NCBI GenBank assembly: GCA_030390025.1
Contig: CM059432.1
Coordinates: forward strand, 81,470,001 to 81,534,000
DNA length: 64,000 bases
Direction: 5' to 3'
Origin: Squalus acanthias
Taxonomy: Eukaryota
In this document: piece after piece, positions 1 to 12,540 of the stretch
Layout: every line of letters begins with the position of its first letter
How positions within the stretch are numbered: the first letter of the stretch is position 1
Notes under the pieces: generated by a model
What the model was told of the DNA's origin: nothing
The model's input: only the letters and a program-made list of their open reading frames with translations
Databases searched by the model: none
Program-made: the position numbers and the translations under genes

Positions 1-820
1 AACATCTAGGCTTGGGCTGATAAGTGGCAAGTAACATTCATGCCACACAAGTGCCAGGCAATGACTATCTCCAACAAGAGAGAGTTTAACCACCTCCCCT
101 TGACATTCAACAGCATTACCATCGTTGAATCCCCCACCATCAACACCCTGGGGGTTACCATTGACCAGAAACTTAACTGGACCAGCCACATAAATACTGT
201 GACTGCAAGAGCAGGTCAGAGGCTGAGTATTCTGCAGTGACTGACTCACCTCCTGACTCTCCAAAGCCTTTCCACCATCTACAAGGCACAAGTCAGGAGT
301 GTGATGGAATACTCTCCACTTGCCTGGATAAGTGCAGCTCCAACAACACTCAAGAAACTCGACACCATCCAGGACAAAGCAGCTTGCTTGACCGGCACCG
401 CATCCACCACCTTAAACACTTACTCCCTCCACCACCAGCGCACCGTGGCTGCAGTGTGCACCATCTACAAGATGCACTGCAGCAACTCACCAAGGCTTCT
501 TCGACAGCACCTCCCAAACCCGCGACCTCTACCACATAGAAGGACAAGGGCAGCAGGTGCATGGGAACAACACCACCTCCAAGTTCCCCTCCAAGTCACA
601 CACCATCCTTATTTGGAAGTATACCGCCATTCCTTCATCGTCGCTGGGTCAATATCCTGGCACTCCCTATCTAACAGCACTGTGGGTGTACCTTCACCAC
701 ATGGACTGCAGCGGTTCAGGAAGGCGGCTCACCACCACCTTCTAAAGGGCAATTAGGGATGGGCAATAAATGCTGGCCTTCCCAGAGACACCCACATCCC
801 GTGAATGAATCTTTTTTTAA
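1..820 (+). mobile_element. 3' part of non-LTR retrotransposon 'LINE-A' (CR1/L2-group RT C-terminus and 3' UTR), degenerate, cut by the window edge
   Basis: ORFs 40-240 and 301-756 (MEYSPLAW...HHHLLKGN*). Tail gggcaattagggatgggcaataaatgctggcc is shared with copies at 10.7-11.1, 12.3-12.5, 33.5-33.8 and 47.2-48.0 kb. Confidence 0.9.
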
Positions 821-1149
821 ATGCATGCCTTGCCAACACCCACATCTGAGTATTCGTATTTTTAAATTTACTAATTAAACTAAAATCCATGGGAATCCAG
901 TGTGGAATGTGATACTGACCATTCAAGCTTTCTCTCAAACATTTTAAAGCATAAATCTACAGGTTTCAACAACATTTATTTGGCCAATCTTAGCTCAGTC
1001 CCCACTGGATCCTGCTCAAAGGACCTGGATGCCAGTGTCCACATCACCGGGCATTAGGGAGGCCATGATCAAGGGATCAGAATACCCTCTCTCCATCCCG
1101 CCCCCTCCAACGTCATGGGCCATGTTTGGGATGAACTTCTTCCGTCACT

Positions 1150-1315
1150 TTACATTGGGAGGAGGCTGGTAGGGTGGTAATTGGCTAGCTTAGATTTATC
1201 CTGTTTTTTGTGGATAGGACATAACTGAGCAATCTTCCACATTGTCGGGTAGATGCCAATGCCATAGTTGCACTGCAAAGCTTGCCTAGGAGGGTGGCCA
1301 GCTCTTGCGCACAGA
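1150..1315 (-). mobile_element. Old LINE-A RT fragment
   Basis: Reverse complement resembles 46575-46650 (WKxAQVCPxHKKQDKSNxANY). Confidence 0.55.
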
Positions 1316-1792
1316 TCTTTAAACTACATATGTCACTGGATAATTACCAAGAGAGAGAATACTAGCTTTTTTACTTCTTCTTCCTAGTCCAGGGACACTG
1401 TGCCCAGTTTTAGTGATGCACTGTTACCTTGGCTAAGATCAGCTAAATCAACATAGTCAGGGAAACATATCTGAGATCTTACTTGTTGGTGTGCCTCAGT
1501 ATATCACCATGAAGGGCATTTGCTCAAGGAACCATCAGGGACTCCATTAAAATTATTTTTGAAAGATTACTAAATTTTAACACTGATGGCTCAACCAAGG
1601 TTTAAAGTTTTAGTGATTTAAATTAATACATTTTATCACTTTATTTGATGCTATGGCTGGAAACAGGTTTGTGATACTGTAACTGAGATCTTCATCAAAT
1701 ATACTCGAACATTTCTGGTGTGGTTATTGTCAGTAAAGATAAAAAGTGAAGAGTTCCAACACTCTCTGTGTACATGGTCTGATAAAATAGAA

Positions 1793-1937
1793 ATGAGAAG
1801 TCGCACAACACCAGGTTATAGTCCAACAGATTTATTTAAAATTACAAGCTTTCGGAGCTATCGCCCCTTCTTCAGGTAAAGTTACAATGAGTGAATCTAC
1901 AAAAGTTCACAGAATATAAACACAGATCTCCGCATCA
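1793..1937. mobile_element. Tiny Penelope-like insertion: inverted pLTR piece plus 3' tail remnant
   Basis: 13-bp TSD tgataaaatagaa (1780-1792 / 1938-1950). 1793-1879 nearly matches 51897-51983, and the end atctccgcatca resembles 52106-52116. Confidence 0.8.
1842..1879 (-). ncRNA. Minimal hammerhead ribozyme motif (PLE-type)
   Basis: Minus strand reads UUAC-CUGAAGA-A-GGGGC-GAUA-GCUCC-GAAA-GCU-U-GUAA: core boxes present, 5-bp stem II, 4-bp stem I, palindromic AGCU stem III. Confidence 0.7.
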
Positions 1938-4219
1938 TGATAAAATAGAAGCTGGATTGCATTTCCACATGAATGAAGTAGTCAGGTAAAATAGATTATC
2001 AGATCTGACTGCGTCAGTCGCTCTTTAGCACTTTCTGTTTCCTGATCCTTATAGAGTACTGGATTTCACACCTAATGATTCCATCTTTCGCCAGGTACCA
2101 CTAATGCAGTATTTGTAGACTGTGTTTGCCAGGGCTCAGGTCTCGTATTGAATGCTTCCGACTTGGAGGCAAAACCATAATATGATCCAATGCCTTTAGG
2201 GCCTCCAAAGCTGTCATTTTCACAAATGGAATCCACTAATTTTCTATTATGCTGTAAAGAGGTCAGAAAGTTATGTAGTGCACTAAATACAAATATTTTG
2301 TGCTCGGATATCACACAAGATAGATTAAGTTTGACTTATGTAATGGTTAAGAGAGGTAAACTTATCTTTAATTTATAGACAATAACCTATTGTGAGTACT
2401 TCAGTTTCACTTCAAAAGTTGGCTTTTTAGATGTTTGGTAAAAGTTATACATATTTAAAGGAATTAAGTAATGTCTGCCTATGTCCTGCTAGAACTACCT
2501 ACTACTTTATAACTAACTGTCTTGCATCACCAGTTATGTCTGCCACTGCAATTTATACATTTTCTGATCAGGGCCCACCATAGGTGACGTGGCTAGAGTC
2601 TGTCCTCTCTGCTGATGACAGCTCATGTAACCTTTCCAGCCAGCCCCCTCAGATGCCTGCTCATTTGGTGTGAAGATACAGTATCAGACTGCCTACACAC
2701 CTGCAATGATGATGCAGTCTGCTGAATAATCGTGCCAGGGCAGGAGTCATAAGACGAGGGCCACCTTGGTCCTAAGAGGTTCACAGGTAGCCCTCAGGTA
2801 GCACCTTGGTGTATCACCAGAATAGTTTAAGAACAGCACATTGAGGCACCAGCATTGCACATTGGTAAGAAGAAGCACCTGTTATAAATATGTATGTGCA
2901 CAGTAAAACCACTTTGTGATATGAAGACCATTGTTTCAAGGTACATCTGTTTTTCATATTTTCGTGTTTGGAACGATGTTGGTATTCAGTTTCAATCAGT
3001 ACATATAGTTCCTTCTATGCCTTTTAATGAGCCACTCCTCCTTAAGCAGATTGCTTCTGATATATTATCAAAAGAATGGTCCAGTTTGGTACCTCCTATG
3101 TGGTTGTCTTCTCCTTTGGTGCAGCCTTATCGTGCATGTCTCTCTCATATCCTCCTCTGCCTGCATCATCAGGATATATATGGGAATGGCCCTAATGAGA
3201 CCCATGGTAAGGGCACCATGACAGAAGGTGGGAAGAAAAAGCTTTTTAATTAGTGCTTCTGGCAAAGCTGATGTTTCAGACAAAGATTGTGAATTCTCAG
3301 AGCCTGTGAACTCAACCGCTTATGGTTTAATAAGTCATGCAGCTAATTTACCCATCTTTTCCACAGGCTGAAGTTAAGTCAGGTGCAATTCTGGTGTAAA
3401 TAGCAGAATTTCTGGTACAGCGGTTTTTGCCCTGATTATCCTGTTTTTTACATAAATCCACCACTTTGGAGGCAGCTGCATTTTCTGACAACATCCAGTT
3501 CCACTGTAATTATCACAAGTTTTAGAATAGGTGTGACTCTGGCATATCTGTCTTTGCTTCAAAATCCAATACTTTATGTGGGACAGTACGACTTTTGCCC
3601 CAGAAAGATCGCAGAATTTTGGGCCCAGATTGTCTTTCTTTGTGCTTAATTTGAGTACTTTCTTTCAACAAATAAATTAGTTAAAATTTGAAAGCAAACA
3701 GAAATCCTTTAATTATCAACTGATTAACATCTGAATTTGGTTGATAGTTAGAAAATGCAAACATTCTAATTACTGAAACCCATGAGACAGTGAGAGGCAG
3801 ATAGAGTCTCTTTTCTTACCTTAATTAGAATATTTTGTCAAATTTGAAAACAATTTTGAAACAGAAAAACTCTAATTATCACTTGTGTTTTGCTGATAAT
3901 CAGAAAATATAAATATTCTAATTTGTGAGAGTTATAAGATACAGAGAGGGAGAGAAAGACAGAGATAGATGGAAATATACACCCAACATCCAGGAACCAA
4001 TCACAAAAAATTTACACCCTGAGATTGCACAGAACCAGTTGCCTTGAGGAAATGCGACCAATCCAGTCCAGTGTTGGTCCTACCATTGCTCATGGAGTGA
4101 GCTTATTTGCATACTCACTGGTCGTGGTATAGTGCAATTCCTAAATAACACAGTCAGAGTGTGCAAGTGAGGGGCGGAAACTTGACATGTAGCCTTTAAA
4201 AATTAGCACTCACTATTTG

Positions 4220-6196
4220 AGTGTAAAGAAAGAGGCATACACTAAGTATCTGGACAGCAGGGGAGAGCATGACAAGACAGAATACAAAGAGGTTAGGAAA
4301 GAAGTCAAAAAGCAATTAGAAAGGCAAAAAGGAACTATGAAATTAAATTATCAAGGAACATAAAACAAAATAATAAAATATTTTACAGGCACATAAATAA
4401 AAAAAGGGAAGCCGGGATAGAAATAAGGCCACAAAGGGATGGACAGGATAATATCACAGGCAGCAATAGAGAGATGGCAGAAATATTAAATAATTACTTT
4501 GCTTTAGTATTTACAAGGGAGACAGAACAGGTGGGTATGACATCGGATTATGAGATTAGAAATAAGATAACTGCATTTAAAATAAAAAGAGGAGAAATAT
4601 TAAATAAACTAATCAAACTCAAAGAGGATAAAACCCCTGGTCAGGACGGATTACATCCATGCATTTTAAAAGAATCTAGGGAAGAGATAGCAGAGGCATT
4701 ACTACACCTATTTAATAATTCGTTAGAACAAGGTGTAGTGCCAGAGGACTGGTGGATAGCTAACGCAATACCTATATTTAAGAAGGAAGATAGACATGTC
4801 CAGGGAACTATAGCCTAGTCAGCTTAACATCAGTGGTAGGAAAAATAACGGAATCCCTACTAAAGAAGAAAATAGAAGAACCTCTAGAAACCAAAAATAT
4901 TATAATGAATAGTCAGCATGGATTTCAAAAGGGAAAGTCTTGCTTGACCAACCTCATTGAATTTTTTGACGAGGTAACAGAGAGAGTAGACAAGGGTAAT
5001 GTAGTAGATGTAATTTATCTAGATTTTTAAAAGGCCTTCGATAAAGTACCACTTAATAGACTAATGAATAAGGTCAGGGCATGCGGAGTCAGGGGACAAG
5101 TAGCAGAATGGATAGCTAGCTGGCTTCAAGACAGAAAGCAGAGTAGGGGTAAAGGGTAGCTATTCAGAGTGGCAGAAGGTAGAAGAGATGTTCCACAAGG
5201 ATCAGTGCTGGGACCACTGTTGTTCACAACTTATATTAACAATTTAGATTTGGAATCAAAAACACAATTTCTAAATTTGCAGCTGACACCAAATTGGGGG
5301 GGATGGTCAATACTGAGGAGGACTACAACAAATTACAAGACATTAATAAACTTGAAGATGGGCATATATTTGGCAAATGAAATTCAGCACAGATAAATAT
5401 GAGGTATTACATTTTGGTAAGAAAAATAAGGAGGTCACATATTACTTGGAAAATACAAAGCTAAGTGGGGTAGAAGAGCAAAGGAGTACAAATACACAAA
5501 TCACTGAAAGTAGCAACACAGGTTAACAAGGCCATAAAAAACGCAAACCAAGCGCTAGGGCTTATTTCTAGAGGGATTGAATTGAAAAGTAGTGAAGTTA
5601 TGCTAAACTTGTATCGAACCTTGGTTAGACCACACTTGAAGTACTGCATACAATTCTGGTCGCCATATTATAAAAAAGATATAGAGGCACTGGAGAGGGT
5701 GCAAAAAAGATTTACAAGGATGATACCAGAAATGCGAGGGCATACCTATCAGGAAAGGATGAACAGGCTGGGTCTCTTTTCTCTTGAAAAGAGAAGGCAG
5801 AGGGGTGACCTAATAGAGGTCTTTAAAATTATGAAAGGTTTTGATAGAGTAGATACAGAGAGAGTGTTTCCAATTATGGGGAAGAGCAAAACTAGAGGCC
5901 ATCAATATAAGATAGTCACCAAGAAATCAAATAGGGAATTCAGAAGGAACTTCTTTACCCAGAGAGTGGTGAGAATGTGGAACTCGCTACCACAGGGAGT
6001 GGTTGAAGTGAATAGTATAGATGCATTTAAGGGGAGGCTAGATAAGCATAAGATGGAGAAGGGAATAGAGGTTTATGCTGATATAGTTCGATGAGGAAAG
6101 ACGAGAGGAGGCTCGAGTGGAGCATAAATGCCGGCATGGATTGGTTGGGCCGAATGGTCTGTTTCTGTGCTGTATATCCTATGTAGTCCTATGTAA
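4220..6196 (+). mobile_element. 5'-truncated CR1 LINE, RT domain with frameshifts and stops
   Basis: ORFs 4474-6094 contain PGx[34 protein letters not shown], LVRPHLxYC and RNFFTQRVV. Tail is gaatggtctgtttctgtgctgta followed by a cctatgt repeat. Confidence 0.95.
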
Positions 6197-6337
6197 ACTG
6201 TCAATAACAGGCTGGGGGAGCAGCAGGTAAGTGTACCTTCTGCGAGACTAAATGTAATGCCAGATAGTGGCTTCAAGTGTCTCATCTGAGATTTAATGAT
6301 TATTTTCATAGAATCATCGAATATGATTGTTTTAAAC

Positions 6338-6520
6338 AATGTCTTCTTCTGAGGGAGCAGGCAGTTCAAAGGGACAGACAGGAGCCCAAAACTTTAATGA
6401 ATTTGACCTTCAGACACTCTTGGATGAATGGCAGCAGAGAGCAAAGACTGTTAGGTGCCCATCAGAAGAAATGTCAGAAAACTGTTGAGAGCCATGTGGA
6501 GAGAGGTGGCAGTTCAACTG
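6338..6520 (+). pseudogene. Degenerate Harbinger-type Myb/SANT exon fragment
   Basis: Reads MSSSEGAGSSKGQTGAQNFNEFDLQTLLDEW..., then after a frameshift RAMWREVAVQ, resembling the Myb N-terminus at 22881. Confidence 0.45.
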
Positions 6521-6783
6521 ACTGCCACCTTTCTCACCCTCCCGCGCCCCCCACCCCCCCCCCCCCCCCCCCCCCCCCCGCCGCCCCAGGTCTCCAGACC
6601 AATATCGTAAATGTCAGTGACTTGATAATGGCAGACAAGGTAACAGACAGGCCACTCTCCCTATATTTCTTGGGCACCATGAACACCAACACAATGTCAA
6701 TTCTCTAATATAACTTCCTGCACAAGTCCTTCTTCCCACTGCACTGTAGGCTCAGGGGGTTCACTGGCTTTGTCGCTTACATT

Positions 6784-7546
6784 GGGCCAGAAATTCGGCT
6801 GTTGTCGGGTGAGTACGCGCTGTGTACTCACCCGTAAGGCCATCTGAAGTGCCGGTTTCCTGCATGCGCTGTGAATGCGCGGGAAACCGGAACTTCCGTT
6901 CCCCTGAAGGGAGGGGTTCAGAAGTCGAACACGTGCACGGGAGAGGCTGCGCGCAAGCAGCGAACTTCAGGTTTTTTATCAGGTTTCTCCGGGAAGGTAA
7001 GTATGAAGAAGCTGCGCTTTTAAAAAGGAGGCGCAAGGCGTGTTTTTAACAAGGTAAGTAGTTAATTAATTACAATTTAAAAACATTTTCAACAGGTTTA
7101 TCTTTTTTAGATACTTTAAAGAAAGGCAAGTTTATTTTTAGCACCATAACAAAGTATAATTAATTTTTTCAAAAATTTAAATTTTTGCTTAAAGTAGTTA
7201 ATTTATTTAACTTATAGTTATTTTAAAAATGTGATGTTTTTTTTAAAAATTTATTTGAAGTTTAAGTGTAGTTTTGGGGCCGATCTCTATTCATAGATTT
7301 GATAGGTCTTCCTTTCAAATCTATGAATGAAAATGCCCTGCTAGGATTGGCTCTCCATGGCCCACGTGATCCCAGGGGACGCTTCGAACTAACTGCGCCC
7401 CTGGGATACACAAGCACTGCGCGCCGGCAGCTGGAGGAGGCCCAGGACCCGAAGTCCTCGTGGGCCCAAAGCACAACTGCAGGCACGGTAGGCAAGTACG
7501 CGTGCGATGCTTGCACCCGCAGGAAGCCTGAAAGCTGAATTTCTGT
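6784..7546 (+). mobile_element. Non-autonomous Harbinger-like MITE (family M1)
   Basis: Left TIR gggccagaaattc, decayed right end gaatttctg. Colinear with the inverted copy at 29983-30717. Confidence 0.8.
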
Positions 7547-8026
7547 TTTGGGAGTTACCCTTGAAAGAATGACTTGCATGCAAAGCATTCACTTCAACAG
7601 GGTTCTACCAGCAGACTTGTTACATCAGCTGTCTGATGCCACGCAGGAGACATCCCTCACATGCTATGTGAGTGCCATCATTTGCAAATAGAAGTTTGTG
7701 AAACTTAGAAACTTGATAAAACTGTGTGCGACTATCATGCAGCTGTCTGACATTTATGCCAAACTAAATGAAATACTCTGCTCTCCTATAAATGGTGTCA
7801 GTGACCTGATGAATACATGGTACCCTGGGTGATATTACACAGGTCTTCATGGCTGCTTGAAATGAACCGGTGGCAAAAATATCAAGTGCTATGGTTACTA
7901 TTACTGCCACAGTCAGAGTTGTCTAGGCAGATGATCTTGGCTGCAGACCTTCATGCAGAAGATGGCACAGCTCTCCCGTAGTCTCTTTGGTCAAGTGCAC
8001 CCTGCTCCCACAGAGCTCAACACTGA

Positions 8027-8784
8027 GGGGTAATACGATCTGCTGACCTATTGCGGCAAAATTTGCAATCGGTATGACGTTGCACTCTCAGAGTACGCCG
8101 TCATACCGCCTCTGGAATTGACTGCAAGTTCGGGATTTGCAGCGTTAAATCCCGAACTTGCGATCTGTCAAGTTCCGACTAGACAGATCATCTGCAGTGA
8201 CTGTCAAGTCCTCATTTGAAATGATGTGCTGGCACAGAGTTGGGCTAATTGCCCACCAACTGCGTTTCAATTATGCTGGAAAATTTTACGGCTGGTGCAG
8301 ACAGGCGTAGGAGCCTGTTTGCACAGCGTAATGGGAAGGGGGATGAGAAAATTGTATAAATAATTAAACACAAACACATAAAAGCTCCGTGTATCAATCT
8401 ACTAGGCAGCTGTAAAGGCTTGGTTTGATGGATGAGATCATTTTAATCCTTTTTTTAAATCTTGCAGAGTCTTCCAGTAAATAACTGTACTTACTCCAAA
8501 GTATTTTCTGTACTTTTTTAAAGCCAAGTACTGTACTTGTCAAATAAATATTCACACCGTTTAATTTAAAATTTGATTGATGTCGGGCATCGGAGATTTT
8601 GTTTCCTGATTGGCTAGTGAAACAACGGTGTGCCCCTGGGATCCGTGGGCCACTACACTGCGCACAACTCTGCAGCATTTCAAAGTAAGTTTTCGTTTGG
8701 GGCCTCGCACCACGTAAGTGCGGATTTCTTTCGGAGGTCGGAGGCGTACTCCTGAGCTACACCGCTGACTGAAATTTCAGGGCC
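8027..8784. mobile_element. Harbinger-like MITE (left end uncertain)
   Basis: Right TIR gaaatttcagggcc followed by att. Internal cgatctgtcaag...gacagat hairpin is shared with 22324-22351. Confidence 0.5.
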
Positions 8785-10209
8785 ATTAATTCTTTTAGGG
8801 AGCAATATCTTGTGGGATACATCCTCCTCAACTGTTTTTTCCTTCATCCTGTATTACTGCTCCTGCTCCTTCATTAAAGTAGCAAACAAGGGAATGTCGA
8901 TTGGGAATTCCATAACATTACCACAGAATCTCTTTGTTGGGGTGGAGGATATTTCCCATGGTCTCACAGGTCCTCAGGTTGTCAGAGGCATGGTCAGCCA
9001 TCTACAATTTGATAAGTATTCATTGCAGATTTTTGTTTTATTCAATTTGAATATAATTTCTTCTGGTGTTTTGCAGTTTACCGACTAATAAGCACAGAGT
9101 CTAATTGCAGATCATCATGGAGTTATTTGCAAAGTAGCTCTACAGCAGGCAATTGTTGATGTAAAGTTGAATAAATGTATTTATATTGATTTAACGTTGC
9201 TCACTTACACATTATCTGTGATCATTTCTGGCTCATATTGATTACAGAGGGATCCCACTGACAGATCTCCAGTGTTTAATTGACAGCAAGATCTGGCTAT
9301 TAATATGGCTTCACAGGGTTGTTTTGCAATACCAGAGAGAGAGATTGTTTGATTAACTGCATAAACTAACAAAACCATGGATTGAAATTTGAATCATTCA
9401 GTGTTAATAGCATTTATAAAAGTCCAAATTAATTAGGAAATGTTGAAGTAAAATCTAGGATAATTCATTCTGGCAGGGATAATGTTGTTTCAGAAACGTG
9501 AGAGACCAGTAGCTCACACATGATATACTGGGGCTAATTTTTGTTTTCACTGCCTGGGCAGTAAAGGCAGGACACATCGCCTGCCTATTATAGAAACCAC
9601 GTAGTTTCATTTGCATTGTGAGCACCTGAGTCCCCTGCAGCAGAGCTAGTATGTGATATCGCCCGCCAGAGAGCTGGTACCTGTGGCGTCCTTCTCACCC
9701 TGCCCTACCTCCTGTGCACTTGTGGGTCACTTTGTGAAGACCTCTCTTATAGCCTAACTTCTAAAGTACGCGTGCTACCTGTCTCTGAGCTGGTGCTTGC
9801 TATGGTCAGATCAAGTGATGGTGCATCTTCAGGAAGGTTGGCCTCCTCTTCCTGAAGAGGAAGAGGTATCTCCACATTTTTAGCACCTGAAATAGAGGGA
9901 CGAGTGTTCATTTTTATTGTGAAGGGAGAGGAAAGAGAGCTGCAGCTTGTCGTGCAGAGTGTCTTGGGTGAGATAGAATTAAGAAGGGAAAAAGAGGATA
10001 AGGGTGTGCAGAAACACTGTGCGTCATCTCCTCCAGCATTGCCACTCACCACGGCTATGATCCTGCCCGTATTAAATAGCATCTTTTTTCCATGGGGGAC
10101 AGGGTGAGGAGATGGACTCAGACTCCTCTGGTGGCAGCCTCCTGGCGCAAGTTGTGTGCAACCTTCTGATGCAAAAATGAAAGGAGTGTGTTAGTGATAT
10201 CCTTATGAG

Positions 10210-11423
10210 GGGGTAGAATTTCTGCTTTGGGTGCAATCGGCGATCCGGGCGCAAATTGCGCCCAAAATTGCATCCGTTTTCAGAAGTGTTTTTTTCCTAA
10301 TTTTCCTCTCAAACTCATTTGCATACTGTCGAACGCAAATTCTGCCAGCAACCAGCGCAATCGGGCAGCGTTTTTAAATGTAATTTTTTTTTTAAATTGC
10401 TTTAAAATATATTCCTTGATATATATAGTGGTAACTTGTTGCAGTTTGATTAATACAGCTGAAAATGGGTTTATCACAAAAAATAAGCATTTTTAATCAC
10501 AGTGTTAAACCACCACCTGTGAGTAACCTGATTTTAAATGACTGAAAATTACTTCTAAAAAATATACAGAACCATTTGGTAGATATATAGGGGTACAGTA
10601 GTCAGTTTCTTAGTAAATTTAAAAAAAAATCACTTTCAAAAAACTTTTAACAGGTGCCTATTTGTGTCCTTGCTCCAACAACACTCAAGAAGCTCGACAC
10701 CATCCAGGACAAAGCAGCCCGCTTGATAGGCACCCCATCCACCACCTTAACCATTCACTCCCTCCACCACCGGCGTAGTGTCTACCATCTACAAGATGCA
10801 CTGCAGCAACTTGCCAAGGTTTCTTTGGCAGCACCTCCCAAACCCGCGACCTCTTCCACCTAGAAGGACAAGGGCAGCAGGCGCATGGGAACACCACCAC
10901 CTCCAAGTTTCCCTCCAAGTCACACACCATCCTGACTTAGAAGTATATCGCCATTCCTTCATCGTCGCTGGGTCAGAATCCTGGAACTCCCTACCTAACA
11001 GCACTGTGGGAGTACCTTCACCACACGGACTGCAGCGGTTCAAGAAGGTGGCTCACCACCACCTTCTCAAGGGCAATTAGGGATGGGCAATAAATGCTGG
11101 CCTTGCCAGCGACGCCCACATCCCATAAACAAATTTAAAAAAAAGAACCAGCTTAATTTTAAGAGCCTCCTCAAAGGCCCGCAAACGGGCGCAATTAGTG
11201 GAAACTCACAATGGTGATTAATTCATCTTGGGGGCATGGCCAGTTGTGGACAGGGCTGGCCTCTAGTGTGATGTATTTTTAAAGTAGTGCAATAGATTGC
11301 GGAAACTTGATTTGTGCTGAACATAGTTTGCGCTTAAAATACCGTGATCTTTTGCGCGGATTATGCCTATTTTTGGCGAATTGCACCAAAAAAACCAGCG
11401 CACCCAAGTGGAAACTCTACCCT
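10210..11423 (+). mobile_element. Harbinger-like MITE (family M2) nested in the element above
   Basis: TIRs ggggtagaatttc / gaaactctaccct with a 3-bp TSD gag. Homologous copy at 49243-49890. Confidence 0.8.
10670..11144 (+). mobile_element. LINE-A 3' fragment inserted into MITE M2
   Basis: ORF 10778-11080 and A-rich tail. The M2 copy near 49.7 kb shows the empty site (gtgtccttgc...aaaagatccagc). Confidence 0.9.
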
Positions 11424-12249
11424 GAGGTGTTTAGAGAATGTGCCTATCATGTTTGAATAGTTGGCATGCAGTGTGGGGAAGTGAGGCTGGCAGTGGTGAG
11501 AAGGTGGAGTGTGATTCAGTGATTGCAGGAGAATGAAGGGAAGTGGGGGAGGGGAGCATTGTGAGTAGTGAGGCTTAAGGTGATAGAGGTGTGAGCAGAG
11601 AGTAAGAGAACAGTATTCTTACCTTGACAACTCTGGTGAGGTAATTGAACTTCTTTCGGTATTGCAACCATGTCCTGGGAGCTAGGCTCCTGGCATTGAC
11701 CTCCTCAGCGACCTCTTCCCACTGGTGGTGGAGGTGTTGCCTGATGTATTTTCTGCCCCCTGGGGGGGGAGCAGGATCTCCCTCCTCCTGTCCACCACCT
11801 GGACCAGGGTCTCCAACATGGCATCAGAGAACCTGGGTGTCCTATTTGGACCTCTTTCATCCATTTTTTAAGTTTCCCTGTTGTCTGCAACCAGAGTGCG
11901 CCTCCCCTTTAAGAGATGCCAGCTGCCTTTAAATGGAGTCAGTGAAATCCGATTTCCCACCCTCCTAAACAAATGTACAGCCAACGAATAGCACGGATAG
12001 TACTGGCTGCACGCCTGAGTCATTATAATGAGGTCGCAGCACCAATTTCACATGGTCCCTGAGACTACATAAACAGGCATATGCAGTGCACGCCCTGCCC
12101 TGCGAACAGGTTTTCGGTGCAATCAAATTTCTAGGCCTTTGTTTCTACTTATAGTATATCAGAAAAAAACCTATTTGTAAATACATGGCATAGCAATACT
12201 GCTGCGGCTCTTAAAGTACTGAATGAATAGACTATTAAAACAAAGCACA

Positions 12250-12540
12250 TGCAGCGACCTCTAACACCAAGAAGGACAAAAGCAGCAACATCATAGTTGT
12301 ACCATCACCTCCAAGTACCCCATCAAGTCACACATCATCCTGACTTGGGCATATACCATTGTTCCTTCATTGTCACTGGGTCAATATTGTGGAATTCCCT
12401 ATCTAACACCATCGTGGGAGCAAGCCTTACCACAAGAACTGTCGTGGTTCAAGGAGAAGGCAGCCCATCATCACCTTTTCAGGGCAATAAATGCAGCCTT
12501 GCCAGTGCTGCTCAAATCCTGAGAACAAATAAGAAAAAGG
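12250..12540 (+). mobile_element. Old LINE-A 3' fragment
   Basis: HHLQVPHQVTHHPDL...WNSL and a gggcaataaatgc...cttgccag tail. Confidence 0.8.

Larger units (their letters stand above)
9530..12137 (-). mobile_element. Degenerate Harbinger derivative retaining Myb/SANT exon 1, no transposase seen
   Basis: Ends ggggctaatttt / aaatttctaggcc. ORF 11682-11864 reads RTPRFSDAMLETLVQVVDRRREIL, followed by QYRKKFNYL and a minus-strand splice donor (cttacc near 11618). Confidence 0.6.

Noticed and set aside
2072..2251. Possible host exon on the minus strand (good acceptor ctttacag)
   Set aside because: No recognisable protein and no partner exons; cannot be supported without RNA-seq or homology.
6538..6590. 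Poly-proline ORF segment and poly-C run (also near 33030)
   Set aside because: Homopolymer low complexity; the length may be a sequencing artefact.
7600..8000. hAT transposase remnant (LSDIYAKLNE)
   Set aside because: A single short motif is too weak.
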